From positions 215,323 to 279,322 of the forward strand of contig CAWBAN010000001.1 in NCBI GenBank assembly GCA_963786935.1: a stretch of 64,000 bases of DNA, in the 5' to 3' direction. Within the stretch, counting starts at the first letter, position 1. Every line of letters begins with the position of its first letter. The notes below the pieces were generated by a model. The model searched no databases. It was given only the letters and a program-made list of their open reading frames with translations, and had not been told where the DNA came from. The stretch comes from an uncultured bacterium (lineage in GTDB: Bacteria; Krumholzibacteriota; Krumholzibacteriia; Krumholzibacteriales; Krumholzibacteriaceae). Below are positions 1 to 9,694 of this stretch, piece by piece. Made by a program: the position numbers and the translations under genes.

Positions 1-2682
1 TCGAGCGAGCAGCTCAAGGAGCTCCCCGTGGACGACGTCGTCTCGGCCGTGGCGCTCAAGAGCGGTATCGTGAAAACGGGAGACGAGCTCCACGTGCGCG
101 GCGGGCGGTCGCAAGAGGTGCAGATGCAGATCGACGGCGTGCCGGTCGACGACCCGCTCGGCGGCTCGATATCGGTCGGGCTTCTCGGCACCGACAACAG
201 CGAGGTCATCACGGGAGGCATGGACGCCGAGTACGGCAACGCGCAGTCGGCGATCATCAACGTGAGCACGCGCGAGGGAGGCAAGAGCTACGAGGGGCAG
301 ATCCGGTACATGACCGACGATTTCGGCCGCTCGGACAAGACATACACGAACTACGACCGGCTCAGCCTCGGATTCGGCGGCCCGACCCCCCTCAAGAACC
401 TCACGTTCTACACGTCGGGCGAAGCGACCTTCCAGGACGGCGACAACTGGTCGATCGCCCCCCGCGAAGAGAAGGAGTTCCTCGGGGGTATGATCAAGTT
501 CACCGAGCGGCAGTTCTCCTCCTATAACGTGCAGGGCAAGCTCGCCTATCAGGTCAATCCGAGGCTCAAGCTCATCGGCGAGGCGATCTACTCGCACTCC
601 GTCGGCAATCCCTACGCGCACAACTGGAACATCGAGGGATACGTCCAGAAGATCTACCGGTTCATGGCGCTCCGGGCGAGCCGCGACCTCTCGTTCCCGG
701 AGGCCCGTTCGTTCGGCTCGTACGTGAGCGTATATCAGGGGGACTGGCTGAACAATGCGCCTCCCCGCGTCGAGTATTATCCGGGCTCGATCGAGGAGCG
801 GCGCCGGACCATCTATCCGATCGTCGTCGGCGCCAAGGTGCGCGATCCGAACGACGCGACGAAGCCGGCCTTCCTCGTCCGGTACGACCATTTCTACGCG
901 CGCATGCTGACCGACGTGTACGGGCGCGAGTCGGAAGTGATCTGGGACGAGGCGATCCTCGACGCGCAGGGCAATCTGGTGCGCCACGAGAGCAAGCTGC
1001 TCTTCGAAGGGTTCCAGAATCCCGAAAGCAAGTTCAGCCATTTCCGGGACGATTCGAGCTACGTGTATTTCAACTCCGCCGCGAACGTCACGACGGGCAC
1101 CTCCGACGACCTCAACCTCAAGGTTTCCATCAACCACAACATCTCGGACGACGTCCTCTATGTGATCAACCTCACACGGCTCCAGTTCAACAGCCTGAAC
1201 ACGGTCGACGGGCAGGATCCCGCGGAGTTCAACACTGCGGGCCTGCCGGGAACGCTGCCGAGCGGATCGTGGCGGTACAGCGGCATCAGCAGCGAGGATT
1301 TCTACACCGATCCGGACAATCCGTATTACGTGACGGCGTACGACTGGCCGGCGTACACGGACCGCACGACCATCGCCTACAACCTGAAGGCGGACATCAC
1401 GTCGAAGAAATGGCAGAACCACCAGTTCAAGACGGGCGTCCAGTTCATCTATAACGACCTCGACGAAAACCAGATCAACTTCCCGGGCCGCGTGCGCCGG
1501 AACGCCGACGGGAGCCTTTCGCAGGGAGGACGGGCGAACACCTTCCATAACTTCAACCCCGAGGCCTCGTACTACGTCCAGGACAAGTGGGCGTATCAGG
1601 GTATGATCGTCAACGGCGGCGTCCGGATCGATTTCTTCTCGCCGGGCAACAACAACGAGATTCTGATCAACTCGAGCGAGATCGACCAGAACGTCGACAA
1701 GTACAAGTTCCAGATCAGCCCGCGGCTCGGCTTCGCGTTTCCGATCACGGACCGCGACAAGTTCCACTTCCACTACGGGCGATTCACGCAGTGGCCGAGC
1801 AGGAACTACCTGTTCAGGACCCAGGACCTGCTCTTCGGATCGGGCGTTCTCGGCAACCCCGACCTCGACGAGGAGCTCACCGTTTCGTATCAGGCCGGCG
1901 TGTCGCACCAGTTCACCGAGTCGCTCGCGGGGCACTTCGTCGTGTTCAACAAGGATATCTTCGGCCTGATCTCCTCGACGCGCGTGCTCGACGAGGAGCT
2001 CGGCATTCAGGGATACCGCTACATCAACAGAACGTACGCGAGCTCGCGCGGTCTCGAGATCAGCTTCGAGAAGATGCGGACCCGCTACGTCGGCGGCGAG
2101 ATTTCGTACACGCTGTCGTACGCGGACGGCGTGGCATCGGACGCGGAGTTCGGCGTCTCGGCGGAAGGGCTCACCCACCTGCCGACGCAGGAGATGCCGC
2201 TCGACTGGGATCAGCGCCATACGCTGAACATCACCCTGAGCCTCCAGGACCAGAACAAGTGGGGCGCGACGGTCGTGTACTCGTACGGGAGCGGGCTCCC
2301 GTGGACGCCCGTCGACCGGTTCGCCCGCCGCCAGGATCCCCTCTGGGAAAACTCGATGCGGCTCCCCGCGACGCACGTCATCAACATTCAGGGCCGAAAG
2401 ATGTTCAGCATCTACGGGCAGGAGCTCATGCTCTTCTTCGAGGGGCGCAACCTCCTCGACGAGGATATCCTGGGTCCGAACGGCGTCGCGCCCGGCGCGT
2501 TTCCCGGCATGCAGAACGCGGCGATGGACGGCGGCTCGTACCTCACCGAGACCGGCCAGTACGGCGGCGCGTACCTGCAGGATATCAACGAAGACGGCGT
2601 CGATGATTTCAATCCGGTCCACGATCCGACGATCTGGGACTCGCGGAAAACGTGGCGCATCGGATTCGGATTCGAGTTCTAG
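1..2682 (+). CDS. TonB-dependent receptor, 5'-truncated at the window edge
   Basis: Frame 1 is open from base 1; the track lists it only from an internal GTG at 28. It has a plug-like N-terminal segment (DDVVSAVALKSGIV...LHVRGGRSQEVQMQIDGVPVDDPL) and a long strand-rich body. The C-terminus ...WRIGFGFEF ends in Phe, as in OM barrels. Confidence 0.85.
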   Translation, partial: SSEQLKELPVDDVVSAVALKSGIVKTGDELHVRGGRSQEVQMQIDGVPVDDPLGGSISVGLLGTDNSEVITGGMDAEYGNAQSAIINVSTREGGKSYEGQIRYMTDDFGRSDKTYTNYDRLSLGFGGPTPLKNLTFYTSGEATFQDGDNWSIAPREEKEFLGGMIKFTERQFSSYNVQGKLAYQVNPRLKLIGEAIYSHSVGNPYAHNWNIEGYVQKIYRFMALRASRDLSFPEARSFGSYVSVYQGDWLNNAPPRVEYYPGSIEERRRTIYPIVVGAKVRDPNDATKPAFLVRYDHFYARMLTDVYGRESEVIWDEAILDAQGNLVRHESKLLFEGFQNPESKFSHFRDDSSYVYFNSAANVTTGTSDDLNLKVSINHNISDDVLYVINLTRLQFNSLNTVDGQDPAEFNTAGLPGTLPSGSWRYSGISSEDFYTDPDNPYYVTAYDWPAYTDRTTIAYNLKADITSKKWQNHQFKTGVQFIYNDLDENQINFPGRVRRNADGSLSQGGRANTFHNFNPEASYYVQDKWAYQGMIVNGGVRIDFFSPGNNNEILINSSEIDQNVDKYKFQISPRLGFAFPITDRDKFHFHYGRFTQWPSRNYLFRTQDLLFGSGVLGNPDLDEELTVSYQAGVSHQFTESLAGHFVVFNKDIFGLISSTRVLDEELGIQGYRYINRTYASSRGLEISFEKMRTRYVGGEISYTLSYADGVASDAEFGVSAEGLTHLPTQEMPLDWDQRHTLNITLSLQDQNKWGATVVYSYGSGLPWTPVDRFARRQDPLWENSMRLPATHVINIQGRKMFSIYGQELMLFFEGRNLLDEDILGPNGVAPGAFPGMQNAAMDGGSYLTETGQYGGAYLQDINEDGVDDFNPVHDPTIWDSRKTWRIGFGFEF

Positions 2683-2714
2683 AGCGCTTCCGGATGACGG
2701 AGGAGGAGTTTCGC

Positions 2715-5201
2715 ATGAATCGCAAGAAGGAATGGGTTGGAAGAGCGGCGGCGCTTCTCGCGATACTCGTGATCGGCGCCCCGGCGTTTGCGAGGAATGA
2801 CGACGCGGCGTGGGTCGCCAAGATGAAGGACATGCCCCGGCAGACCTGGGCGCTCAGCGGGGCGTGGGTCCACAACGTGGGCAACCTCCAGATGAACGTG
2901 ACGAACTGGGGGTGCTTCGGATCGTATCCCGGCTCGACGCTGGCGATGTCCGAGTCGCCGTCCGCGCAGTGGCCGGCGAACTCCGCCGTCGAGTATCTCT
3001 ACATCGCGGGTCTCTGGATCGGCGCCAAGAAGGGCGGCGTTCCGGTCGTGACCACGGCGGCGTACGAGCAGGAGTTCATGCCCGATCCGCTCGATCCCGT
3101 TGCGACGATCTATCGCTCGTTCGAGGGCGCGCTCGGCGGCACGCGCTACCCGAGCCCTCCCGACGACGACAAGGACGGTATGTTCGACGAGGATTGGCTG
3201 AACGGCATGGACGACGACGGGGACGGGCAGATCGACGAGGATTACGCCGCGGTCGGCAAGCAGATGTACTCGTGCTGGTTCACGGACGATCATCCGACCT
3301 CCGTGCAGCGCTACCCCGAGCATACGCCGCTTCACCTGATGGTGCGCCAGGAGAGCTACCAGTGGGAGGAGCCGAAATTCTACAACTTCGTCGGCGCCGA
3401 ATACAAAATCAGGAACACGGGCGTCGAGAGCATCGAGGACCTCTACATCGGATTCTTCGCCGACGGCGACGCGGGCCCGCGGACGCGCGAGCAGTACTGG
3501 CTCGACGACGGGACGGGGCTCTACGAGGACATCGTGTGCGCGCAGAAGGGGGATCGGGTGGTGCCGATCCGCGTCAGCGTCGCGTACTTCTACGACATCG
3601 ACGGGGACGAGGGTCAGACCATGGGATACATGGGGATTCTCTTCCTCGGCCACGATACGGATCCTCTCGGCGAATCGGCGCCGAAGAAGGTCGGTATCAC
3701 CTCCTACCAGAACTTCTCGGGCGATCAGCCGTACGAAAACGGCGGCGATCCCGACAACGATTTCCAGCGCTACGAGCTCCTCACCAAGACCACGCGGGAC
3801 CGCAACCAGGAAGTGCCGAGGGATTATCGAATGCTCATGGCGACGGGGCCGTTCAAGGAGCTCCCGCCCGAGACGACGCTCGTGCTGCAGGTCGCGTTCG
3901 TGTGCGGTCAGGGAATCGAAGGCATGAAGGACAACGCGGCGAGCGCGGCCCTCACCTATCAGGGCAACTGGTTCGACATCGACGGCAACCCGCTGACCGG
4001 CGTGGAAGGCAAGGAAACTCCCGTGCCCGGTCCCGTGAACGGGCTCATCGCCGATTCCTGCGTCGCCGATCTGACCCCCGTCTCGGCGGCGAGAGGGGAG
4101 ATCGTCTGGGTCAACGCCGACTGCCACGAGGAGGAAGCCCTCTGGGCGAACGGCGATTGCAACAAGGGGGACGCCACGTTCGCCGATTACCAGACGGGCG
4201 TCGGCGGGAAGGAGCATCAGGTGAACTGGCTCGTCGGCTCGGCGCCGCCGCCGCCGGTCATGCGCCTCATCCCGGGGGACCACAAGGTCACGCTCCTGTG
4301 GGACAACTTCAGCGAGGTGAGCCCCGACGTGAGCACCCTCGAGTACGATTTCGAGGGCTACCGGATCTGGCGCGCGGACGGATGGGACCGGCCGCTCGGG
4401 ACGAGCGTTCTCACCGGCCCGAACCGCGAGCTCTGGCAGCTCCTCGAGGAGCGCGACCTCGTGAACGGCGTGCCGCCGGACATCAACTTCAAGGCGCCCT
4501 TCTCCGAGGGGGGATGGGAGTACGAACCGCTCATCAACCTCCCGGGCAAGGATGCCTACATCGCATATTTCAAACAGAACGTGTACAACTACCCGATGGA
4601 TGAAGTGCCCTGCCCGCCCGGGCTGGCGCCGCTCGAGTGCGACACGCTCGAAGCCCTCGCCCGGTACGACCTCGGATTCCAGGGCGGACTGAAATACTAC
4701 AAATTCGTCGACGAGAGCGTCCACAACGGGATGCACTACTTCTACGCCGTCACCGCGTACGATCACGTGCTTTCGGCGGGCGTGCCGACGAAGGTCGGCT
4801 ACTTCGGCGATCCGTCGTCGAACTTCCAGTACGTCTCGCCGCTCTCCGACGCGCAGGCGTCCGACACGTACGAGGAGAAGGAAGTCTTCGTGGTTCCGAA
4901 TCCGGCGACGGCGGCCGCGATGGAGCCGTGGCAGCTCGAGCCGAACCAGGACGATCCGACCGGCATCAAGGTGGAATTCAGGAACCTCCCGAGATGCAAC
5001 TCGACCGTGCGCATCTACACGATCGCGGGAGATCTCGTCGAGGTGCTCTATCATGACGGAACGAGCGGAAACGGGACGCTGCCGTGGGATCTCGTCTCGC
5101 GGAACGGGCAGGACGTGACGAGCGGGGTGTACCTGTTCTCCGTGGAGCCCGAAGACGGCAAGTTCTCGAGGACGATCGGGAAATTCGTCGTGATTCGATA
5201 A
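2715..5201 (+). CDS. Large secreted protein with an Asp-rich Ca-binding-like loop, an FN3-like segment and a T9SS type-A C-terminal sorting domain; central part has no recognised family
   Basis: From track ORF 2652..5201. I moved the start to ATG 2715, which sits 6 nt after GGAGGAGGAG (2699-2708). Signal peptide AALLAILVIGAPAFA with no lipobox Cys. Acidic loop DDDKDGMFDEDWLNGMDDDGDGQIDED. FN3-like stretch VTLLWDNFSE...GYRIWRADGW. The last ~100 aa fit the Por-secretion tail pattern (VVPNPA...GVYLFSVEP...GKFVVIR). Confidence 0.75.
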   Translation: MNRKKEWVGRAAALLAILVIGAPAFARNDDAAWVAKMKDMPRQTWALSGAWVHNVGNLQMNVTNWGCFGSYPGSTLAMSESPSAQWPANSAVEYLYIAGLWIGAKKGGVPVVTTAAYEQEFMPDPLDPVATIYRSFEGALGGTRYPSPPDDDKDGMFDEDWLNGMDDDGDGQIDEDYAAVGKQMYSCWFTDDHPTSVQRYPEHTPLHLMVRQESYQWEEPKFYNFVGAEYKIRNTGVESIEDLYIGFFADGDAGPRTREQYWLDDGTGLYEDIVCAQKGDRVVPIRVSVAYFYDIDGDEGQTMGYMGILFLGHDTDPLGESAPKKVGITSYQNFSGDQPYENGGDPDNDFQRYELLTKTTRDRNQEVPRDYRMLMATGPFKELPPETTLVLQVAFVCGQGIEGMKDNAASAALTYQGNWFDIDGNPLTGVEGKETPVPGPVNGLIADSCVADLTPVSAARGEIVWVNADCHEEEALWANGDCNKGDATFADYQTGVGGKEHQVNWLVGSAPPPPVMRLIPGDHKVTLLWDNFSEVSPDVSTLEYDFEGYRIWRADGWDRPLGTSVLTGPNRELWQLLEERDLVNGVPPDINFKAPFSEGGWEYEPLINLPGKDAYIAYFKQNVYNYPMDEVPCPPGLAPLECDTLEALARYDLGFQGGLKYYKFVDESVHNGMHYFYAVTAYDHVLSAGVPTKVGYFGDPSSNFQYVSPLSDAQASDTYEEKEVFVVPNPATAAAMEPWQLEPNQDDPTGIKVEFRNLPRCNSTVRIYTIAGDLVEVLYHDGTSGNGTLPWDLVSRNGQDVTSGVYLFSVEPEDGKFSRTIGKFVVIR

Positions 5202-5235
5202 TGATGATGAACGTTCTCTTTGAGGAGGTTGCGTG

Positions 5236-6177
5236 ATGAAGCGTAGGATTGGCATGGGGATTCTGCTGATTGCGCTGGTCCCCGCTCTGGCGTCGGCGAA
5301 TACGAAACCGTTCGAGAAGGTCGGTACGTATTCGGCGCAGTTCCTGAAGATCGGCGTGTCGGCGAGAGCGGCGGGGATGGGAAGCGCCTTCACGGCCGTC
5401 GCCAACGACGCGACAGCCATGTACTGGAATCCCGCGGGGATGGTCGAGCAGACGCGCACGCAGGTGACGCTGAACACGGTCGTCTGGCCGGCCGACATCG
5501 ACGTCTATTTCGCGGGCGCCATATTCAGCACGCCGTATCTCCCCGGATCGTTCGGCGTGAGCGCGCGGGCGCTCACGATGGACCCGCAGGAAGAGAGAAC
5601 GATCTACATGCCCCAGGGAACGGAGCGGTACTTCGACGCCGGCGACATGTCGTTCGGCCTGTCGTACGCGACGTATTTCACCGACCGGTTCTCGGCGGGC
5701 ATCACGACCAACTTCATCCATATGGGTCTCGCCGACAAGAGCGTCGAGTCGCTCGCGATCGATTTCGGCCTCATCTACCGCATCGGTATCCGCGGCATGC
5801 GCCTCGGCATGATGCTTCAGAGCCTCGGCGGGGAAGTCGATTTCGACAACCGCGCGTCCAAGCTTCCGACCCTCTTCAAGGTCGGGCTCTCGGTCGACGC
5901 GCTGCGCACCGGCGCCCATACCCTGCTCGCGACGGGGGAGTTCTCGCACCCGGTCGACAACAAGGAGCGCATGAACGTCGGCATGGAGTACACGTTCAAC
6001 CAGTTCTTCATGATCCGGTCGGGATACAACATCGGCTACGACACGCAGAAGCTCGCGTGGGGCGTCGGATTCAGGATCGATACGAGCCAGACGTCCGATA
6101 TCGGCCTTGATTATTCCTGGGAGGATCTCGATTATCTCGGCACGAGCCACCGGTTCAGCATGAATTTCAGCTACTGA
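5236..6177 (+). CDS. PorV/PorQ-family outer-membrane beta-barrel protein
   Basis: GAGGAGG at 5222-5228 precedes ATG 5236; GTG 5233 is an alternative start. Signal peptide present. Family-typical N-terminal motif FLKIGVSARAAGMGSAFTAVANDATAMYWNPAGM. Alternating strand pattern, C-terminus ...FSMNFSY. Confidence 0.7.
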   Translation: MKRRIGMGILLIALVPALASANTKPFEKVGTYSAQFLKIGVSARAAGMGSAFTAVANDATAMYWNPAGMVEQTRTQVTLNTVVWPADIDVYFAGAIFSTPYLPGSFGVSARALTMDPQEERTIYMPQGTERYFDAGDMSFGLSYATYFTDRFSAGITTNFIHMGLADKSVESLAIDFGLIYRIGIRGMRLGMMLQSLGGEVDFDNRASKLPTLFKVGLSVDALRTGAHTLLATGEFSHPVDNKERMNVGMEYTFNQFFMIRSGYNIGYDTQKLAWGVGFRIDTSQTSDIGLDYSWEDLDYLGTSHRFSMNFSY

Positions 6178-6190
6178 GGGATCGCATTCC

Positions 6191-7714
6191 GTGTCTCTCG
6201 AGCTCCGCATACGTTTGCGTGCGCGTGCTCTCGTCGCCATCCTGCCGGTATTGCTCGTGCTCGCGCCGGCAGGCGCCGTCCGGTGCGATCCCGTCCGCGG
6301 GGAGGGCAGCTTCGAGTTTTTCGTCGACATCGCCTCCCTGCCGTCCGGCGGGCCCGGCACGATCCAACTCATCCAGATTTCCGTTCCCACGAAAGAGCTC
6401 CAGTACGTCGAGAAGTCCGGCTCCTTCACCGCCGAAGTGCGATTCTCGATCAAGCTGACGTCGGGCGACGAGGTCGTCCACGAAAAGTTGTTCCAGATGC
6501 GCGATTCCCGCGACGAGATGCCCGCGGTGAAGGATCTTTCTTCGTTCATCTGCCATATCGATTCCTGCGCCGTCGGTCCGGGCGCCTACCGGCTCACCGT
6601 CAAGGTCGAGGATCTCCAGCGCAGGAAGCGCACCCTCCTCGGCATCCTGCGGCGGACCTATCATTCGTCCGAGGTGAAGAACGCGGAGTTCGATGTTCGG
6701 CCGTTCCCCGCCGACGGCATCGCACTGGCCGACCCGATCCTCGTGTGGGAGTCCGACGGCAGCGGGCGGTTCATCCCGAATCCGATGCAGATCTACGGTC
6801 TCCGGAAGGATACCTTGAGCGTGTACGTGCAGGCGGCGGTTCCGGCGGCGGTTCGGGACGATTCGCTCGACGTGCGGTTCCTGATTTCCCGCGACACGGG
6901 CGAGCAGATGGAGGAAGCGCGGTTCAGGATCCCCGTGAAGGAGAACCGGAGCTCGTTCCTGCGCATGACGGATCTCGCGGCCTACCCGTCGGGCTCATAC
7001 CGGCTGACGGTCGAGACGAGCGCGCCGGGCGGGCTGTTCGCGTCGTCGGGCAAGGATTTCGCCGTCGTCTGGGAGCTCGTCAACTGGCAGAAGCCGTTGC
7101 GCGACATCGCGTTCGAAGCGCGTCTCGTCCTGAACAGCAAGCAGTATGACGAGTTCTCGCGGATGGATCTCGGCGAGCAGGAAGCCTTCATGCGCGCCTT
7201 CTGGAAGAAGCTCGATCCGACGCCGCAAACCGCGGCGAACGAGATCTTCGACAAGTTCGTCGCCCGCGTCAGATACGCCGACGCCCAGTACGGCACGTAC
7301 GAGCGGGGGGCGCTCACCGACCGCGGATTCATTCTGATCCGATTCGGCCGGCCCGACGATATCGTCAACCAGCCCCTTCCGCAGAGCCGGGACGATCTGT
7401 ACGAGGGGCTCGACAAGATTATCTCGGAATACAAGATCATCTCCGACGGCATCACGACGGAGAAGTCGGTGAAGGACCTCCGTCCCATCATCATATCCCC
7501 CGAGAAGCAGCGCGCGACGAGAGGCGACATCGGCAGCGATACCGGTTCGTTCGAGGTCTGGACCTACGCCTTCAAGGGGGATCCCCTCCTTCCGGGGGAC
7601 TCGGGAATGACGGTCGACCAGGGCCTCAGGTTCCTGTTCATCGACAAGGACGGGTACGGTTCGTACCAGCTCGTCGGCTCCTCGGAGGAGATGACGGGGG
7701 ACTCCCGGGACTAG
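6191..7714 (+). CDS. GWxTD domain-containing secreted protein (paralogue 1)
   Basis: GTG start 13 nt after the previous stop, with a signal peptide. The C-terminal region FWKKLDPTPQTAANEIFDKFVARVRYADAQY...GALTDRGFILIRFGRPDDI matches the GWxTD-domain pattern (FW..LDPTP.T..NE...GWxTDrG..i..G.Pd). Same architecture as ORF 16722..18035. Confidence 0.7.
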   Translation: MSLELRIRLRARALVAILPVLLVLAPAGAVRCDPVRGEGSFEFFVDIASLPSGGPGTIQLIQISVPTKELQYVEKSGSFTAEVRFSIKLTSGDEVVHEKLFQMRDSRDEMPAVKDLSSFICHIDSCAVGPGAYRLTVKVEDLQRRKRTLLGILRRTYHSSEVKNAEFDVRPFPADGIALADPILVWESDGSGRFIPNPMQIYGLRKDTLSVYVQAAVPAAVRDDSLDVRFLISRDTGEQMEEARFRIPVKENRSSFLRMTDLAAYPSGSYRLTVETSAPGGLFASSGKDFAVVWELVNWQKPLRDIAFEARLVLNSKQYDEFSRMDLGEQEAFMRAFWKKLDPTPQTAANEIFDKFVARVRYADAQYGTYERGALTDRGFILIRFGRPDDIVNQPLPQSRDDLYEGLDKIISEYKIISDGITTEKSVKDLRPIIISPEKQRATRGDIGSDTGSFEVWTYAFKGDPLLPGDSGMTVDQGLRFLFIDKDGYGSYQLVGSSEEMTGDSRD

Positions 7715-7731
7715 GTTTGTCACCGAGTTTG

Positions 7732-7768
7732 CGCGTCGTCCCGGAACCGCGCCGGACGCGGAATTTTA
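7732..7768 (+). terminator. Possible weak intrinsic terminator after the GWxTD gene
   Basis: Imperfect hairpin: cgcgt(cgtc)ccgg, loop aaccgcg, then ccgg-acgcg, followed by gaatttta. The stem is bulged and the T-tract is short. Confidence 0.3.
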
Positions 7769-7771
7769 GGG

Positions 7772-7801
7772 TTGACAAGGGGGTATGGCATCGATTATTT
7801 T
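7772..7801 (+). promoter_or_regulatory. Sigma70-type promoter candidate for exbB-exbD-exbD-tonB
   Basis: TTGACA at 7772-7777, an 18-nt spacer, then TATTTT at 7796-7801. It lies in an AT-richer 240-nt spacer about 155 nt upstream of exbB. Confidence 0.4.
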
Positions 7802-7954
7802 GCTCACGATAATAAGCAGGTGCACGTGGGATTGGGAGCGTCGCGGATCATTCCCGCTCTTCGCACATCGAGAGCAGCGCCCGGTCGCGCCGAATGATCC
7901 ATCGAATCGAGATCAATTATCAAACCGCCAACAGTTGCAGGAGGAGCGCGTGGT

Positions 7955-8815
7955 ATGGCACAGAAGAACCGTTCGACGTTCGGCCTAATCGTTCTCTTGA
8001 CCCTTGCTGTTGTCCTTTGCTTCGCGATGGCGACCGCGAATTCGCAGGAGTCCGCCGCCCCCACGACGCCGGCTCAGACCGCCGTTTCGGGGCAGGATTC
8101 GCTCGGCATGGCGAAGGGCGATTCGATGAGCATCGTCAAGAAGATCGACGACATGAAGGAACGCGCTCGCCTCGGATGGTTCTATAACGTCCGGTACAGC
8201 GGGCTCGGCGATTTCTACGTGCGCGGCGGCGTGTTCATGCATCCGCTGCTCGCGTGCTCGATCATCGCGCTCGTGTTCATCCTCGAGAGGCTCTTCACCC
8301 TGTCGCGCGCGCGCGTCGACGTGAAGAATCTCATGAACCGCGTGAGCCAGGCGCTCCGCGCCGAAGGCATCGACGCCGCCCTCAAGGTCTGCGAGGGGAC
8401 GCGCGGTCCCATCGCGGCGGTTATCCACTCCGGTCTGCTCCGCGCTGGCCAGGGTCCCGACGCGGTGAAGGAAGCCATCGAGACGGCCGGCTCGATCGAG
8501 ACGTCGTTCCTCGAGCGCGGACTCGTGGTGCTCGCCACCGTATCGACCGTGGCGCCGATGTTGGGCTTCCTCGGAACGGTGTCGGGTATGATGAACGCCT
8601 TCGCCGCCATCGCGGCCGCGGAGCAGGTGAGCGCGAAGATCGTGGCGTCCGGTATCGAAGAGGCGCTGATCACGACGATCGCAGGCCTCTGTATCGCTAT
8701 CCCGGCGAGCGTCGGCCACGCGTACTTCGTATCCCAAATCGAGCGCTTCGTTCTCGAGATGGAAGAGGCCTCGGCCAACCTCGTGAACGAGCTCGTGGAA
8801 CTCAACAAGAAGTAA
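7955..8815 (+). CDS. exbB: MotA/TolQ/ExbB proton-channel family protein
   Basis: GGAGGAG precedes the ATG. Three C-terminal TM segments carry the family pattern ...TVAPMLGFLGTVSGMMNAFAAIA...IEEALITTIAGLCIAIPA. It is followed by two ExbD genes and TonB. Confidence 0.9.
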   Translation: MAQKNRSTFGLIVLLTLAVVLCFAMATANSQESAAPTTPAQTAVSGQDSLGMAKGDSMSIVKKIDDMKERARLGWFYNVRYSGLGDFYVRGGVFMHPLLACSIIALVFILERLFTLSRARVDVKNLMNRVSQALRAEGIDAALKVCEGTRGPIAAVIHSGLLRAGQGPDAVKEAIETAGSIETSFLERGLVVLATVSTVAPMLGFLGTVSGMMNAFAAIAAAEQVSAKIVASGIEEALITTIAGLCIAIPASVGHAYFVSQIERFVLEMEEASANLVNELVELNKK

Positions 8816-8832
8816 GCGAGCGGGTATCTGCT

Positions 8833-9243
8833 ATGGCAATAAAAAGGACCAAACTAGAACCGTCGATTCCCGCGGCTTCGCTGTCGGATATCATCTTCCT
8901 TCTCCTCATCTTCTTTCTGGTGACCACGACGATGTCCGTGGAGAAGGGGCTCCCGATGTCCCTTCCGGGAAAGCAGTCGCAGACGGTGAAGCTCAAGCAG
9001 GACGCGGTGTTCCATATTTCGGTTATGGCCGACGGAACGATATCGACCAAGGAGACCGGTCCGTTGCCTCTCGGCCGCGTGCGGCCGCTCATCGAAGAGA
9101 AGCTCATGGCGAACGACAAGCTCGTGATCGTCATCGAAACGCACCCCGACGCGAACTACGGGATCATGATCGACGTCCTCGACGAGCTCCGGCTCGCCAA
9201 GGCGAACCGGATTTCGCTGAAGACGACGGCGACGGGGGCCTAA
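8833..9243 (+). CDS. exbD: ExbD/TolR biopolymer transport protein
   Basis: In-frame ATG 8833 inside track ORF 8254..9243. N-terminus IPAASLSDIIFLLLIFFLVTT, then a periplasmic domain ...LVIVIETHPDANYGIMIDVLDELRLA. Confidence 0.9.
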   Translation: MAIKRTKLEPSIPAASLSDIIFLLLIFFLVTTTMSVEKGLPMSLPGKQSQTVKLKQDAVFHISVMADGTISTKETGPLPLGRVRPLIEEKLMANDKLVIVIETHPDANYGIMIDVLDELRLAKANRISLKTTATGA

Positions 9244-9265
9244 GGCGTAAAGGAAGGAATATTCC

Positions 9266-9676
9266 TTGAAGATCAAGACGAGACAAAAGGTCAAGAACGA
9301 GATCCCGACCGCCTCGATGGCCGATATCATCTTCAACCTGCTCCTCTTCTTCATGGTGACGAGCATCTTCAAGATGGAGGAAGGGCTTCCGATACAGCTT
9401 CCGAGGGCGAAGTCGGGGACCGATACGCAGCGTCAGCAGATCATGCACATCTGGGCGGACCGGTTCGACCGGATCAGCATCAACGACAAGCTGGCCCGGG
9501 TCGAGCACATCCAGGGCATCGTGGCGAGCATGCTGGAAGAGAACCGCGCCATTATCGTGGCGTTCAACGTCGATCAGCGCGCGAAGTACAGGGTTGTATC
9601 CGATATCATGGAACAGCTGAAGGAAGCGAACGCGATCAACGTGACGTTCACGTCGCTTTACGAGTCGACACCTTAA
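9266..9676 (+). CDS. exbD: ExbD/TolR biopolymer transport protein (second copy)
   Basis: TTG start after AAGGAAGGA. N-terminus IPTASMADIIFNLLLFFMVTSIF...; C-terminal part ...AIIVAFNVDQRAKYRVVSDIMEQLKEA. Confidence 0.85.
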   Translation: MKIKTRQKVKNEIPTASMADIIFNLLLFFMVTSIFKMEEGLPIQLPRAKSGTDTQRQQIMHIWADRFDRISINDKLARVEHIQGIVASMLEENRAIIVAFNVDQRAKYRVVSDIMEQLKEANAINVTFTSLYESTP

Positions 9677-9694
9677 GCGCAAAGGGGAATCAGC

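Noticed and set aside
2679-5498. 939-aa minus-strand ORF, the longest in the window.
   Set aside because: It lies exactly antisense to the secreted-protein and PorV-like genes. Its composition is Arg/Gly/Pro/His/Asp/Glu-rich and low in complexity, with no family motifs. This is a typical shadow ORF of a high-GC coding region.
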